This document shows positions 10,439 to 20,503 of a stretch of DNA of 32,000 bases, piece by piece. Positions within the stretch are counted from its first letter, which is position 1, and each line of letters opens with the position of its first letter. The position numbers and the translations under genes were made by a program. The DNA lies in assembly GCF_000175255.2 (NCBI RefSeq), contig NC_017262.1, positions 990,001-1,022,000 of the forward strand. The letters run 5' to 3'. Below the pieces are notes generated by a model that did no database searches, was not told where the DNA came from, and saw only the letters and a list, made by a program, of their open reading frames with translations. This DNA comes from Zymomonas mobilis subsp. mobilis ATCC 10988. Lineage in GTDB: Bacteria > Pseudomonadota > Alphaproteobacteria > Sphingomonadales > Sphingomonadaceae.

Positions 10439-11006
10439 CTAGAAATTTATCCCTTTTTTTAGCGTCCCTTCATGAAAATACTGTTTCATAACAATAAAAA
10501 TTACTATTATACTCTATTTATAGTAATAAATATTTTATAAACAAAAATATTCAGAATAAATAAAAGTAAACTAAAATAATGTTTAAACTATTATTTATTA
10601 GAATATACGCGATATGTAAAAATGGCGTATATTTTAGATAAAAGGACAGGAAAGAAAATGAAGGTTCATCCTTCCATTTCCCTTGGATTATACATAAAAA
10701 TTTTAAAAAATCAAATCCACTCCATTAACCTTAAAATTTATGCCATTTTACAGCCATAAAATATCTTTTTTTTATAGAAAGATTTTAAAGGATTATCGCT
10801 AATATTGAGGTCGCTTTTATCCTTCAAAAAGAGAGCGTCAGAATGTTTCTGAACGATGATGATAAATAGCTTGTTCCGATATTTTTATATCTGTTTTGGA
10901 GTTGTTTTCAGATCATGAAAAAATTGCCTCTATGCAGGGGCTATTCGGATTTTATTTTGAAGTCTGTTTTTAGGAAAATGGATGCGGGTCGATGAAATTT
11001 AGGCAT

Positions 11007-11036
11007 AAAAAAAGCGCATAGCTGGGAGCTATACGC
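11007..11036 (-). terminator. Rho-independent terminator downstream of rpmB
   Basis: On the minus strand: GCGTATAGC-TCCCA-GCTATGCGC-TTTTTTT. Confidence 0.8.
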
Positions 11037-11122
11037 GGTCTTTTTTAGGAAATTGGTTTTCTGGTGTCAGAGCCGTAAAGAGCGCTTTCGCCTTTTACTG
11101 CCCTGACATTTCCAGAACTGGC

Positions 11123-11410
11123 TTAGGCTGCAGCGAGCTTTTTGGCAACTTCACGTTTTACCTTAAGAGCTCGTGTAGAAAGCTTTTCGTTTTTGGTCTT
11201 CAACAGCCAGTTGTCCAGACCACCGACATGTTCGACGGAACGCAGGCCGTGGGTGGAAACCCGAAGCGTAACACCTTTGCCCAAAGCATCGGAAATCAAC
11301 GTAACATTCTGAAGGTTAGGCAGAAAGGTCCGCTTCGTCCGGTTATTGGCGTGGGATACGTTATTGCCTACCTGGCGGCCTTTGCCGGTCAGTTCGCAAA
11401 TGCGCGACAT
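11123..11410 (-). CDS. rpmB: 50S ribosomal protein L28
   Basis: [36 protein letters not shown], the canonical L28 N-terminus; 95 aa. Confidence 0.98.
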   Translation of the reverse strand: MSRICELTGKGRQVGNNVSHANNRTKRTFLPNLQNVTLISDALGKGVTLRVSTHGLRSVEHVGGLDNWLLKTKNEKLSTRALKVKREVAKKLAAA

Positions 11411-11715
11411 TTTCTCTCATCCTGAATGGCCGGGAGGATCGACAGACGGACAGACATAGCCCTAAGCCCGTGATCATTCCCCTTATGGAAAGCAATGGCG
11501 GATAGCCTGCCTTGCCAGATTCGTCAAGCAAAGAAGCCATTTCGCCCAGTAATACTGCCTTTATACCCTATTTATGTTACAAATACCATATATTTACGTC
11601 TGTTAAAAAGAAGAAGATTTTTTCGGAGTCTCTAGGCATTTTTCTTGTCGTTGAGTGGACAGTTATAATCAAAATGCCTTAGGCAGGCATTATCCGTGTC
11701 ATTGTCAGAATCTGT

Positions 11716-12198
11716 ATGGTGAGTGTTATTTCCACCTTTTCGCCTTTCCCATTACCTGAACCGATGCGGCACGCTTTGTTACAAGCGGAAAGCGCCGCTC
11801 ATCAAGGCGAGGTGCCGGTTGGTGCCGTGGTGACTTTTAAAGGTAAAATCATTGCGGTTGCTGGTAATGCGATGCAGCCACCTTTTATTGATCCAACAGG
11901 CCATGCCGAGGTCAGGGCATTACGGCAGGCAGCTTCTGTTTTGGGTAGTAGTCGGCTTGACCAATGTGATCTTTGGGTGACTTTGGAGCCTTGTGCGATG
12001 TGTGCAGGAGCCATTGCGACAGCGCGTATTCGTCGTCTTTATTATGGTGCAGACGACCCAAAGGGGGGTGCCGTTCTTTCAGGAGTGCGCTTGTTTTTTC
12101 AGCCGAGCTGTCATCACCAGCCGGAAATCTATAATGATTTAGGCAGCCGGAAGGCGAGTGAATTATTGCGGCAGTTTTTCAAACAAAAAAGAAAGTAA
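11716..12198 (+). CDS. tadA: tRNA-specific adenosine deaminase / CMP-dCMP deaminase family
   Basis: Zinc motifs HAEVRALRQA and EPCAMCAGAIATARIRRLYYGADDPKGGAV, characteristic of TadA. The true start may be the downstream Met at about 11764 (MRHALLQAE). Confidence 0.92.
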   Translation: MVSVISTFSPFPLPEPMRHALLQAESAAHQGEVPVGAVVTFKGKIIAVAGNAMQPPFIDPTGHAEVRALRQAASVLGSSRLDQCDLWVTLEPCAMCAGAIATARIRRLYYGADDPKGGAVLSGVRLFFQPSCHHQPEIYNDLGSRKASELLRQFFKQKRK

Positions 12199-12446
12199 TA
12201 GAAGGGCATTTGAAAAACTATTTTCTTTAGTTTTTTCCTGTGTGATTTATGGTTTTTGGATATTCTCTATTCTTGAATAGGATGCGTCTATTTGAAATAG
12301 GATAAATGTCTTTTCTTTGGAAAAAAATGATATTTTAAGAATTTGAAAAATTCCCTATTTATTTTTTTACTATTTGCCATTTATTTTCTATTGTTTTGAT
12401 ATAAAATCAGGCGCATGATAAATATCATTTATATATTTTTAGAATC

Positions 12447-13772
12447 GTGACACCACATCCTCCTTTAACACCTTTCCCTTGGCATGATTGTCTGCTTTTG
12501 ATCGCATTGATCGCCTTTAATGGCTTGTTTGCGATGTCCGAGCTGGCGATCATCTCTTCTCGTCGTCCAAAGCTTGAGGCTATGGCAAAAACGAGAAAGG
12601 GAGCAAGCGCGGCTTTGGCGTTAAGTGCGCATCCGGGTCGCTTCCTATCAACAATGCAGGTCGGTATTACAGGTATCAGCACCTTGGCCGGTGCTGTTTC
12701 TGGCGAAACCCTTGGGGGGCCAATCGGTGAAAGATTGGCCGCGATGGACGTTCCCAATGCGATGGCATGGGGATTTACGGTCGCTATCGTTGTTACCACC
12801 TATTTTTCTCTTATTGCCGGTGAGCTGGTTCCGAAACAGATCGCTTTAAAAGCGCCGGAACAGATCGCGGCTTTTACCGCTATCCCCGTTTTATGGCTGT
12901 CGCGCCTGACGGCTCCGGCGGTCTGGTTACTGGATAAATCCAGCGCGCTTGTGTTCCATCTGGCCGGAATGACCCGCGAAGCTCATAATCAGGTAACTGC
13001 GGAAGAAGTCCGTTTGACGATTACCGAAGCCTTTCAGGCAGGGGTTATCGAAGAAAACGAGCGACAGATTATTTCTGGTGTTATCCGTCTGGCGGATCGG
13101 CCTGTGCGTGAAATCATGACCCCGAGAACCGAAGTCGGATGGTTGGATATGGAAGCGGATATTCCGACCTTGTCCAAAAATCTGGCCTCTATGCCTCATA
13201 GCCGGATGCCTGTTGCTATCGGTTCAGTCGATAACATTATTGGCGTTGTTCATTCCCGCGATATTGTCCGCGTTTTGATGCGAGGCGAAAAGCTGGATAT
13301 TAAACGCTTGATGCGGCCTGCGCCTATTGTGCCAGATCAGACCACGGTGATGGCTGCTCTTGATAGCCTGCGTTTGGCCGAAGTGCCTTTAGGGCTGGTT
13401 CATGACGAATATGGTCATTTTGAAGGGGTTGTTGCCCCCGCCGATTTATTGGCGGCCATGAGTGGCCATTTTGTGTCCGATGTGGAAGGTCGAAATGATC
13501 CTTCCATCATTGAAGATAAAGAAGGACATTATATCCTTTCTGGTTCCTTATCGGCTGACCAGATGGCTGATAAACTGGGATTTGAGCTGGATGAAGATCG
13601 CGATTATGCGACGGTCGCCGGTTTTGCTCTTTCTGTTCTGCGACATTTGCCGAAAATCGGTGAGTATTTCACCTCGAATGGTTGGCTATTTGAGATTTTG
13701 GATATTACCGGCCATAAAATCGAAAAAGTCGGTGTCTCTAAAGCTGACGGTGAAAACCGCGAAGAAAACTAG
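12447..13772 (+). CDS. CNNM-domain/CBS-pair protein, HlyC/CorC family
   Basis: 441 aa; N-terminal CNNM TM region (NGLFAMSELAIISSRRPKLE), tandem CBS domains (MTPRTEVGWLDME..., VHDEYGHFEGVVAPADLLAAM) and a C-terminal transporter-associated domain. The listed start is GTG. Confidence 0.92.
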   Translation: MTPHPPLTPFPWHDCLLLIALIAFNGLFAMSELAIISSRRPKLEAMAKTRKGASAALALSAHPGRFLSTMQVGITGISTLAGAVSGETLGGPIGERLAAMDVPNAMAWGFTVAIVVTTYFSLIAGELVPKQIALKAPEQIAAFTAIPVLWLSRLTAPAVWLLDKSSALVFHLAGMTREAHNQVTAEEVRLTITEAFQAGVIEENERQIISGVIRLADRPVREIMTPRTEVGWLDMEADIPTLSKNLASMPHSRMPVAIGSVDNIIGVVHSRDIVRVLMRGEKLDIKRLMRPAPIVPDQTTVMAALDSLRLAEVPLGLVHDEYGHFEGVVAPADLLAAMSGHFVSDVEGRNDPSIIEDKEGHYILSGSLSADQMADKLGFELDEDRDYATVAGFALSVLRHLPKIGEYFTSNGWLFEILDITGHKIEKVGVSKADGENREEN

Positions 13773-13800
13773 CCGCCTAAGCTGTTTCGTTTAAAAAAGA

Positions 13801-13840
13801 AAAGCCCCGAAAACCGTTAATGGTCTTTGGGGCTTTTTTA
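13801..13840. terminator. Bidirectional terminator between convergent genes
   Basis: AAAAGCCCCgaaaaccgttaatggtcttTGGGGCTTTTTT: A-tract, GC-rich stem, T-tract. Confidence 0.82.
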
Positions 13841-13869
13841 TAGCGTTGTTTCCAAAATCGGGGATTTCT

Positions 13870-14568
13870 CTACCGATGGAGCGCCCCGAATTTACTTTCA
13901 AAAGTTTCGATATCACCGGCATCCAGTAATTTGGCCTGTTCTACCCAATGTTCACGGGCGATTCTGCCGCTGAACGCACCCATTTTGGGATCAATCTCAG
14001 CGATGTCGGCATCTGTCCATGCCGCAATTTGTGAAAAACGGGTAATACCTAGACCCGCCAGAATTTTATTGGCCTTGGGCCCTAATCCCTTGATCTGGGT
14101 TAATTTGTCGGCGGATCCTTCACTAGAAGAAACATCATTGGCCGGAGAGGGAATATCATTTTTGACATATTCCGGTTGAGGCACGGATTCTGGTGCTTTT
14201 GCTGAAGCCGTGTCTACGCTTTCCTGCCTTTCAACCGGAGAGAGCGTATTGGCCTTGTCACTCTTTTCTTCTGTTATCTTTGTTTTGTCTGTTTTGGCCT
14301 CTTGCGGAGCAGGCGATGTTTTGGTGACAATCGGAATATCGCGAACAGGAATAGCTTCGGCTTTTTTCTCCGATTTTAAATCCTGATAAGCGGGCGGAGG
14401 CGCGACTGGCTCGAAAGTCCGCTGAAGCTTGGGCGGCTGAGCTTCATTCTGTGTTTCTTCGGTCGTTTTTATTGGTTTTTGGCGGCGTTTGACCAAAAAC
14501 ATAATCACGACGGCTATAGCAACAACGACTATGCCAGCCGCAACGGCGATTATTTCCGTTGGCGTCAT
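13870..14568 (-). CDS. Membrane-anchored protein with C-terminal helix-hairpin-helix-like domain
   Basis: N-terminal TM (IIAVAAGIVVVAIAVVIMFLV), an ~115 aa Lys/Glu/Pro-rich linker, then LTQIKGLGPKANKILAGLGITRFSQIAAWTDADIAEIDPKMGAFSGRIAREHWVEQAKLL. Confidence 0.8.
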   Translation of the reverse strand: MTPTEIIAVAAGIVVVAIAVVIMFLVKRRQKPIKTTEETQNEAQPPKLQRTFEPVAPPPAYQDLKSEKKAEAIPVRDIPIVTKTSPAPQEAKTDKTKITEEKSDKANTLSPVERQESVDTASAKAPESVPQPEYVKNDIPSPANDVSSSEGSADKLTQIKGLGPKANKILAGLGITRFSQIAAWTDADIAEIDPKMGAFSGRIAREHWVEQAKLLDAGDIETFESKFGALHR

Positions 14569-14726
14569 CTTTTTTACTCCTTACAATATCGAGGCCGATT
14601 TCTCCGAATAAAGCTGTTTATCGGGGCTTATAGGCTTCAGACGGAGAAGATCCTCCCCGTCTGAAAGATACCTGTTGTAAATAGGCCTTCTATGCCGTTT
14701 TTGCAGGCGGCCTTTCCATTTTAATT

Positions 14727-15980
14727 TTAGAGGCCGATATCGCCGCGCCAGAATCCATCGGGATAGTCAATGACATTGACGGCTTGGTAGGCGAGGTCGC
14801 GGGCAGCATTGAAATCGGCGGCCTTGGCCGTGACATTCAATACCCGACCGCCATTGGCCTTTAAGGTCTGGTTATCGAGTGTGGTGCCTGCTTGAAAAAC
14901 AACCGCTCCATTGGCTTCGGCTTCGTTCAGTCGGGTGATAATACCGCCTTTTTTCGGGCTGGCCGGATAACCTTGTGCCGCAATGACCACGGTTACGGCG
15001 TAATCCTTTGAGAAAGTCGGTTCGGGTTGTGCCTGCAATTTTCCAGTAGCTGCTGCATAGAGCAACGGCAGAATATCACTTTCAAGCCGCATCATCAGCA
15101 CCTGACATTCAGGATCACCAAGACGGGCATTATATTCGATGAGCTTGGGTCCTTCGCTGGTCAGCATCAATCCGGCGTAAAGGATACCCACAAAAGGCAT
15201 GCCTTGTTCTTTCATCGCCTGAACGGTGGGAGTGACAATTTCCTGCATCACCCGCTTTTCGAGATCAGCCGTCAGGCGAGTTGCCGGACTATAAGCACCC
15301 ATGCCGCCGGTATTGGGTCCCGTATCGCCATCACCGACCCGTTTATGGTCGCGTGCTGTCCCAAAGGGACGAACCGTTTCGCCGTCACTAATGGCAAAGA
15401 AGCTAGCTTCTTCGCCCTGCATGAATTCTTCGACCACGATTTCAAGACCGGCTTTCCCAAAAGCGCCTGCCGTCATATCCTGAATAGCCTGTTCGGCTTC
15501 CAATTGGCTTTCAGCGATGATGACGCCTTTACCGCCAGCGAGACCATCGGCTTTGATCACAACGGGAGTGCTGAAATTATCAAGCGCGGCCTTGGCTTCT
15601 TCTGCACTACGGCAGCGTTGATAGCGGGCAGTCGGAATATTGTAGCGGGCGCAAAGATCTTTTGTGAAACCTTTTGAGCCTTCTAACTGGGCAGCCGCTT
15701 TGTCGGGCCCAAAAACCGCAATAGAGGCTGCGCGCAGGCTATTTCCTAAACCATCAACAAGCGGGGCTTCGGGCCCAATCACGACCAGATCAATGGCATT
15801 GTCCTGACAAAAGCGGACAACCGCGGCATGATCTGTTACTGTGATATCTGCCGGTTTAGCCAGTTTTGCTATACCGGGGTTGCCTGTTGTGGCATAAAAG
15901 GTATCAAGTGATGGCGACTGAGCAATTTTCCATGCCAAGGCATGTTCGCGGCCGCCGGTTCCGATAAGCAGGACGTTCAT
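14727..15980 (-). CDS. purD: Phosphoribosylamine-glycine ligase
   Basis: [23 protein letters not shown] start plus ATP-grasp motifs ([33 protein letters not shown]). The track ORF extends to 16037, but the family-conserved N-terminus starts at 15980. Confidence 0.96.
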   Translation of the reverse strand: MNVLLIGTGGREHALAWKIAQSPSLDTFYATTGNPGIAKLAKPADITVTDHAAVVRFCQDNAIDLVVIGPEAPLVDGLGNSLRAASIAVFGPDKAAAQLEGSKGFTKDLCARYNIPTARYQRCRSAEEAKAALDNFSTPVVIKADGLAGGKGVIIAESQLEAEQAIQDMTAGAFGKAGLEIVVEEFMQGEEASFFAISDGETVRPFGTARDHKRVGDGDTGPNTGGMGAYSPATRLTADLEKRVMQEIVTPTVQAMKEQGMPFVGILYAGLMLTSEGPKLIEYNARLGDPECQVLMMRLESDILPLLYAAATGKLQAQPEPTFSKDYAVTVVIAAQGYPASPKKGGIITRLNEAEANGAVVFQAGTTLDNQTLKANGGRVLNVTAKAADFNAARDLAYQAVNVIDYPDGFWRGDIGL

Positions 15981-17613
15981 GAATTCTTTCTCTTTTGATG
16001 GCTCTGATCTGTTAGCGAAATCTGATGCAACAGACAATGTGCGTGCCTTTTCTGTATCCGAAATTTCTGGTGCTTTGAAACGGACTGTTGAAGATGCTTT
16101 TAGCCATATTCGGGTAAGAGGGGAAATATCCGGTTTTACGCAAGCGGGGTCAGGGCATTGCTATCTAGCCTTGAAGGATGACAAAGCCGTTCTTGATTCC
16201 GTTATCTGGCGTGGTGTGGTGTCACGGATTTCTTTCTGGCCTGAAAATGGGATGGAAGTTATTGCTACCGGACGGTTGACTACCTATGCCGGTCGTTCCC
16301 GTTATCAATTGGTTATTGAACAATTAGAAATCGCCGGACAGGGGGCTTTGATGGCCTTGCTTGATCGGCGGCGGCGGATGTTGGCAGAAGAAGGCTTGTT
16401 TAATGCCGATCGTAAGCGGGCTTTGCCTTTCATGCCCAAAATTATCGGGGTTGTCAGTTCACCTTCTGGAGCGGTTATCCGCGATATTTTGCATCGTTTG
16501 GCTGATCGTTGTCCGACCCATGTGATTTTATGGCCGGTGCCGGTTCAGGGCGATCAGGCGGCAGCAAAAGTGGCGGCAGCTGTCAGAGGTTTTTCAGCTT
16601 TGAAAGCGGGGGATGCTATCCCTAGGCCGGATTTGTTGATTGTTGCCCGTGGTGGTGGGTCGCTGGAAGATCTGTGGCCGTTTAATGAAGAAATATTGGT
16701 TCGAGCTGTCGCTGAATCCTCGATTCCGGTGATTTCGGCGGTGGGTCATGAAACCGATACCACCTTATGCGACTATGCCGCTGATTTACGCGCCCCGACC
16801 CCGACGGCTGCTGCTGAATTAGCCGTGCCAGTCAGAAGTGAGTTGGTGAATGGCCTGAATAATCTCCATCTGCGGATGAATAATGCCATAGCGCGCCATG
16901 CTAAATTATCAGAAGAAAGGCTGGACGCGGTTCGGCAGCGCTTGCCGGATGGTGAACGGCTGTTAGCGCCTTTTATCCAATTATTTGATGATCGAGCATC
17001 GCAGTTGGAACGCGATATCTCCGAACGGATGACCCATGCCCGTCATAAGCTGAATTTTTATGCGGCTACTTTGCGGCCTGCCTTGTTAAAGGCAAGAATT
17101 GCCCGCGAACAGGCGCGGTTGTCAGCTTGTCGTTTACCCACTGGACAGCGTTTAGTCATACAGGAACAGCAAAAACTCGATAATGTGACGCGGCGATTGA
17201 AACAGGCCTATCAACAGCGCTTGTCCCATGCGGATTTACGTTTCAAATTTTTGGCTGAGAAGCTGCAACCCCTGTTATTAGAGCAGAGATGGCAGCAGAA
17301 AGCCGAGTTATTAGCGGCTTGTTCTTTAAAGCCAGAGCTGGTGACTGCCCGTTTGAATATTTGGCAGAAGAATATTGACCAGTTATGGCGTGTCGCTGAG
17401 CAAGCCCATCCTGATAAAATTCTAGCTAAAGGCTATGCCCGTGTCGAAGATAGCCATAGCCATGTTGTTAGCAACGCCCATGATGCCAAAACGCATAAGC
17501 GGTTAAATCTGATTTTCCATGACGGATCGGTATGGGTCGCACCCGAGACACCTCCCAAAAGCAGGAAAGCAGATAATCCACCGGAACCCCCAGAGCAAAC
17601 CAGTTTTTTATAA
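15979..17613 (+). CDS. xseA: Exodeoxyribonuclease VII large subunit
   Basis: 544 aa; OB domain ([35 protein letters not shown]) and [36 protein letters not shown]..., PISVIAVGHETD-type motif [33 protein letters not shown]. Confidence 0.97.
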   Translation: MNSFSFDGSDLLAKSDATDNVRAFSVSEISGALKRTVEDAFSHIRVRGEISGFTQAGSGHCYLALKDDKAVLDSVIWRGVVSRISFWPENGMEVIATGRLTTYAGRSRYQLVIEQLEIAGQGALMALLDRRRRMLAEEGLFNADRKRALPFMPKIIGVVSSPSGAVIRDILHRLADRCPTHVILWPVPVQGDQAAAKVAAAVRGFSALKAGDAIPRPDLLIVARGGGSLEDLWPFNEEILVRAVAESSIPVISAVGHETDTTLCDYAADLRAPTPTAAAELAVPVRSELVNGLNNLHLRMNNAIARHAKLSEERLDAVRQRLPDGERLLAPFIQLFDDRASQLERDISERMTHARHKLNFYAATLRPALLKARIAREQARLSACRLPTGQRLVIQEQQKLDNVTRRLKQAYQQRLSHADLRFKFLAEKLQPLLLEQRWQQKAELLAACSLKPELVTARLNIWQKNIDQLWRVAEQAHPDKILAKGYARVEDSHSHVVSNAHDAKTHKRLNLIFHDGSVWVAPETPPKSRKADNPPEPPEQTSFL

Positions 17614-17700
17614 AATAAGGGGCTTAAGGATATTAAAATTATTCAAATTCACCGAAGGTAAATGAAATATTATAACAATAGACTTGACTAAAAAACTTTA

Positions 17701-17719
17701 AAAGGCTGTCATAGCCTTT
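17701..17719. terminator. Short perfect stem-loop after xseA; possible weak terminator
   Basis: AAAGGCT-GTCAT-AGCCTTT, preceded by an A-rich run but without a clean T-tract on the + strand. Confidence 0.4.
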
Positions 17720-17758
17720 CATAATTGGTCATTTTATTCTTATTAAGGGTTTTTTTTG

Positions 17759-18511
17759 ATGCATCCATTCTCTTCGGTGAACAATTCTGTGCCTGAACCA
17801 GCGCCGCAGTCCGCTAATAGTCGGAAGAATGTGACCTCTTTTCATACGATTGTGAAAAAGCAGGTACGCTTATGGCATTGGGTCAGTGCTGCAATCTTTT
17901 GTGTGACAATGCTGCTTTTTTCAGTGACCGGATTCATGATGAATCATGGTCATGATATTTTTGCGCCGCATTTGACGACCACAGAAAAACAATTTGAATT
18001 GCCACAAGATTTGCTTCCGGCGTTGCAACAGCCTTTGAAAAAAGCGGAAGAAAAGTCGGTTAAAGTGAAAGAGGGCGGCTTTGATTGGGGGCAATTAGCT
18101 TCGCAGGAAGTCAGTCAGCCGTTACCTGAAAATGTTGTGCAATGGTTAAAGAGCCAGCATTTGCCAGCAAAAAAACAGGCCTTTTGGACGGATAAATTTG
18201 TTTATTTCGTCACGCCTAAATTAGGGATGCGTGACAGGTTATTGATTGAACGCGATAATGGTCATGTCCATTACGAGCATACGTCACGGGGTTGGATTGG
18301 ATTTATTGATGATTTGCATCGCGGGGGGCATGTCGGGACAGGATGGCCGTTATTCATTGATGTGTTTGCGATCGCCTGCATTATTTTTTCTATAAGCGGT
18401 ATCTGGTTGTTACAGATTCATGCCAGAAAACGGCCTTCGACATGGCCACTCGTGGCTTTAGGATTAGCTGTTCCTATTGTGATTATTTTGGTCGCGCTCC
18501 ATTCCCATTGA
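17759..18511 (+). CDS. PepSY-associated TM family membrane protein
   Basis: Two to three TM segments, HGH/HRGGH histidines (WIGFIDDLHRGGHVGTGWPLFIDVFAIACIIFSISGIWLL) and an LRLWHWVSAAIF-like opening, typical of the small PepSY_TM proteins. Confidence 0.82.
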   Translation: MHPFSSVNNSVPEPAPQSANSRKNVTSFHTIVKKQVRLWHWVSAAIFCVTMLLFSVTGFMMNHGHDIFAPHLTTTEKQFELPQDLLPALQQPLKKAEEKSVKVKEGGFDWGQLASQEVSQPLPENVVQWLKSQHLPAKKQAFWTDKFVYFVTPKLGMRDRLLIERDNGHVHYEHTSRGWIGFIDDLHRGGHVGTGWPLFIDVFAIACIIFSISGIWLLQIHARKRPSTWPLVALGLAVPIVIILVALHSH

Positions 18512-18779
18512 GCTTAAAAATATTTCTTCCATTGGAGAGGGTGAAGAGAAGCCATAGTCGAAGGGCGCTTGCTAAATTCGGCATATCGGCGGCTTTCACC
18601 CTTTCCGCATCAATGCGGGCAATCAAGGCATTAAGGGGCAGAGCGCGTTTGGAGGCGGCTTGCTCTAGGGCTTGCCAAAAAAGGGGTTCAAGACTGATAG
18701 AGGTTGAGTGACCGGCGATCATCACCGAGCGTTTAACAAGGCCATGATAGGGCGCTCCATATTCAGTAGAAGGGGACAT
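18483..18779 (-). CDS. Ribbon-helix-helix domain protein
   Basis: 98 aa; KRSVMIAGHSTSISLEPLFWQALEQAASKRALPLNALIARIDAERV...NLASALRLWLL matches the alphaproteobacterial RHH_4-type domain. Starts 5 bp after the hemH stop and overlaps the PepSY gene by 29 bp. Confidence 0.8.
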   Translation of the reverse strand: MSPSTEYGAPYHGLVKRSVMIAGHSTSISLEPLFWQALEQAASKRALPLNALIARIDAERVKAADMPNLASALRLWLLFTLSNGRNIFKLNGNGARPK

Positions 18780-18784
18780 GGCTT

Positions 18785-19789
18785 TTATTCCCCGCTTTTG
18801 AGCCAGCCGGACAGGCCTTGATTGACCAGAATTTCAAGCATGGCGAGGCTTTCTTCACTATCGTTAATGCAGCGAAGAGCCGCAAAATTTTCACCCCCTG
18901 CTTCTAGAAAAGTGCTTTTTCCTTGAAGGGCAATTTCTTCCAGTGTTTCCAGACAATCCGCTGAGAATCCGGGCATAGCCACGGCGAGATTCCGAATATT
19001 TTTTGACGGGAGTTCTTTTAAGGTCATATCCGTTGCTGGCGTGAACCATTTTTGCGAACCAAAACGGGATTGGAAGCTGGTGATGACAGGTATATCCAAA
19101 AGAGACGATAAAGCCTGACTGGTGGCCTGACATTGGAAATAATAGGGATCGCCGAGTTCTCGTGTTTTGACAGGCATGCCATGATAGCTAAGCAGCAGGC
19201 TATCCGGTTTAAAATCAAGCGCCTTGATCTGGTCTTCGATATTCTTTTTTAAGGTCTGAATATAAGCCGGATGAGTATAATAGGGTTCCAAGCTCCGCAA
19301 GTTCGGCTGCCAGCGAATTTTTTGGAGATACCGATAGGCTTCATCCTGAACGGTAGCGGTGCTGGCCGCTGAATATTGAGGATAAAGCGGCGCAAGTAAA
19401 ATACGGCGACAGCCGGAAGCTATTAATTTTTCAAGACGGGATGGGATGGATGGTGTCCCATAACGCATGGCATAATCGACCGTTATATTCGGCATTCTTT
19501 TTTGTAAGCCTTGCGCCTGTTTTTTTGTAATGGCAGCAAGAGGTGATCCTTCATTCGTCCAGATTTTTTGATAAGCGCGGGCAGAGCGGGGGGCGCGAAA
19601 AGGAAGAATGATACCGCGTAGAATAATCTGCCAGAAAACAGCAGGAAGTTCGATAACCCGCTGATCCGAGAGAAATTGCCCAAGATAACGCCGTAAAGCC
19701 TTGGCATTAGGGGCATCGGGTGTGCCTAGATTGACAAGCAAAACCCCGATTTTTTCAGAAATAGGCAGCGGGTTATTCGATTCTGTCAT
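18785..19789 (-). CDS. hemH: Ferrochelatase
   Basis: [74 protein letters not shown], and [13 protein letters not shown]. Confidence 0.97.
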   Translation of the reverse strand: MTESNNPLPISEKIGVLLVNLGTPDAPNAKALRRYLGQFLSDQRVIELPAVFWQIILRGIILPFRAPRSARAYQKIWTNEGSPLAAITKKQAQGLQKRMPNITVDYAMRYGTPSIPSRLEKLIASGCRRILLAPLYPQYSAASTATVQDEAYRYLQKIRWQPNLRSLEPYYTHPAYIQTLKKNIEDQIKALDFKPDSLLLSYHGMPVKTRELGDPYYFQCQATSQALSSLLDIPVITSFQSRFGSQKWFTPATDMTLKELPSKNIRNLAVAMPGFSADCLETLEEIALQGKSTFLEAGGENFAALRCINDSEESLAMLEILVNQGLSGWLKSGE

Positions 19790-19936
19790 AGAGAGTCAGT
19801 CTTTTCGAGAAAGATATTTTTACGGTGAGGCGGTTGAGATATCTATTCGCTGCTTTTTTGGGAAAGAAAAGAATGACCTCGTCCATTTTGCCTTTTTCAG
19901 TTCGATAAGATTATGGCCTTGATTTGAAAAATCAGG

Positions 19937-20407
19937 CTATTCATTGGCAACTTTAAAATCGAACACAATCGCTTTTTCTAAGAACGTCCCTGCAAAGGAT
20001 TTGAACTGTTCATGGGCGGCATCGAAAAAAGCAGGATCATTAACCAAAGGACGGCCAACATAATAATTACGGTCGCCTTCGGAATTGAAGGTTACGATAT
20101 AGCCTTGATCCATATCCATACCCGCATTTTCGCCGCTATTTTGAGAGCCAGTTTCAATAGAGACAATAACGGATTGGCCGTCTGGTCTTTTGGAGGTTTT
20201 TGCTAATTCTAAAAACTGCTTTGTTACTTCGCGGCGTTCGGCTTCTGTGACATTTTTTTTGAAACGAAACAGCACGATATGCTGCAATTTGCCTGAATGA
20301 AAATCAGGCGAAGTGAATTTTTCGACACCCACTTCTTTTAAAAGTGCGCGTGCGGCTATGGTCGCATTATCGAGAAGATTATTTATTTCAATCGAGGATG
20401 AAGTCAT
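19937..20407 (-). CDS. Dabb (stress-responsive dimeric alpha-beta barrel) family protein with N-terminal extension
   Basis: LQHIVLFRFKKNVTEAERREVTKQFLEL...GYIVTFNSEGDRNYYVGRPLVNDPAFFDAAHEQFKSF, the Dabb domain pattern. Confidence 0.82.
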   Translation of the reverse strand: MTSSSIEINNLLDNATIAARALLKEVGVEKFTSPDFHSGKLQHIVLFRFKKNVTEAERREVTKQFLELAKTSKRPDGQSVIVSIETGSQNSGENAGMDMDQGYIVTFNSEGDRNYYVGRPLVNDPAFFDAAHEQFKSFAGTFLEKAIVFDFKVANE

Positions 20408-20503
20408 CGTAAAATTCCGGCTGTATAGGGATAAAAAAACGGCATCACAAAAGCCTATTTTATCCTTTTTGTCTTTTTATAAGAATAGCAGGGTGATTGC
20501 GGT

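Noticed and set aside
15027-15677. 216-aa + strand ORF opposite purD.
   Set aside because: Low-complexity His/Phe/Cys-rich translation typical of an antisense shadow. purD is certain, so this is not supported as a gene.
15980-16037. Extended N-terminus of purD ([19 protein letters not shown]).
   Set aside because: The conserved PurD start is [10 protein letters not shown]; the extension would run inside xseA and is not family-like.
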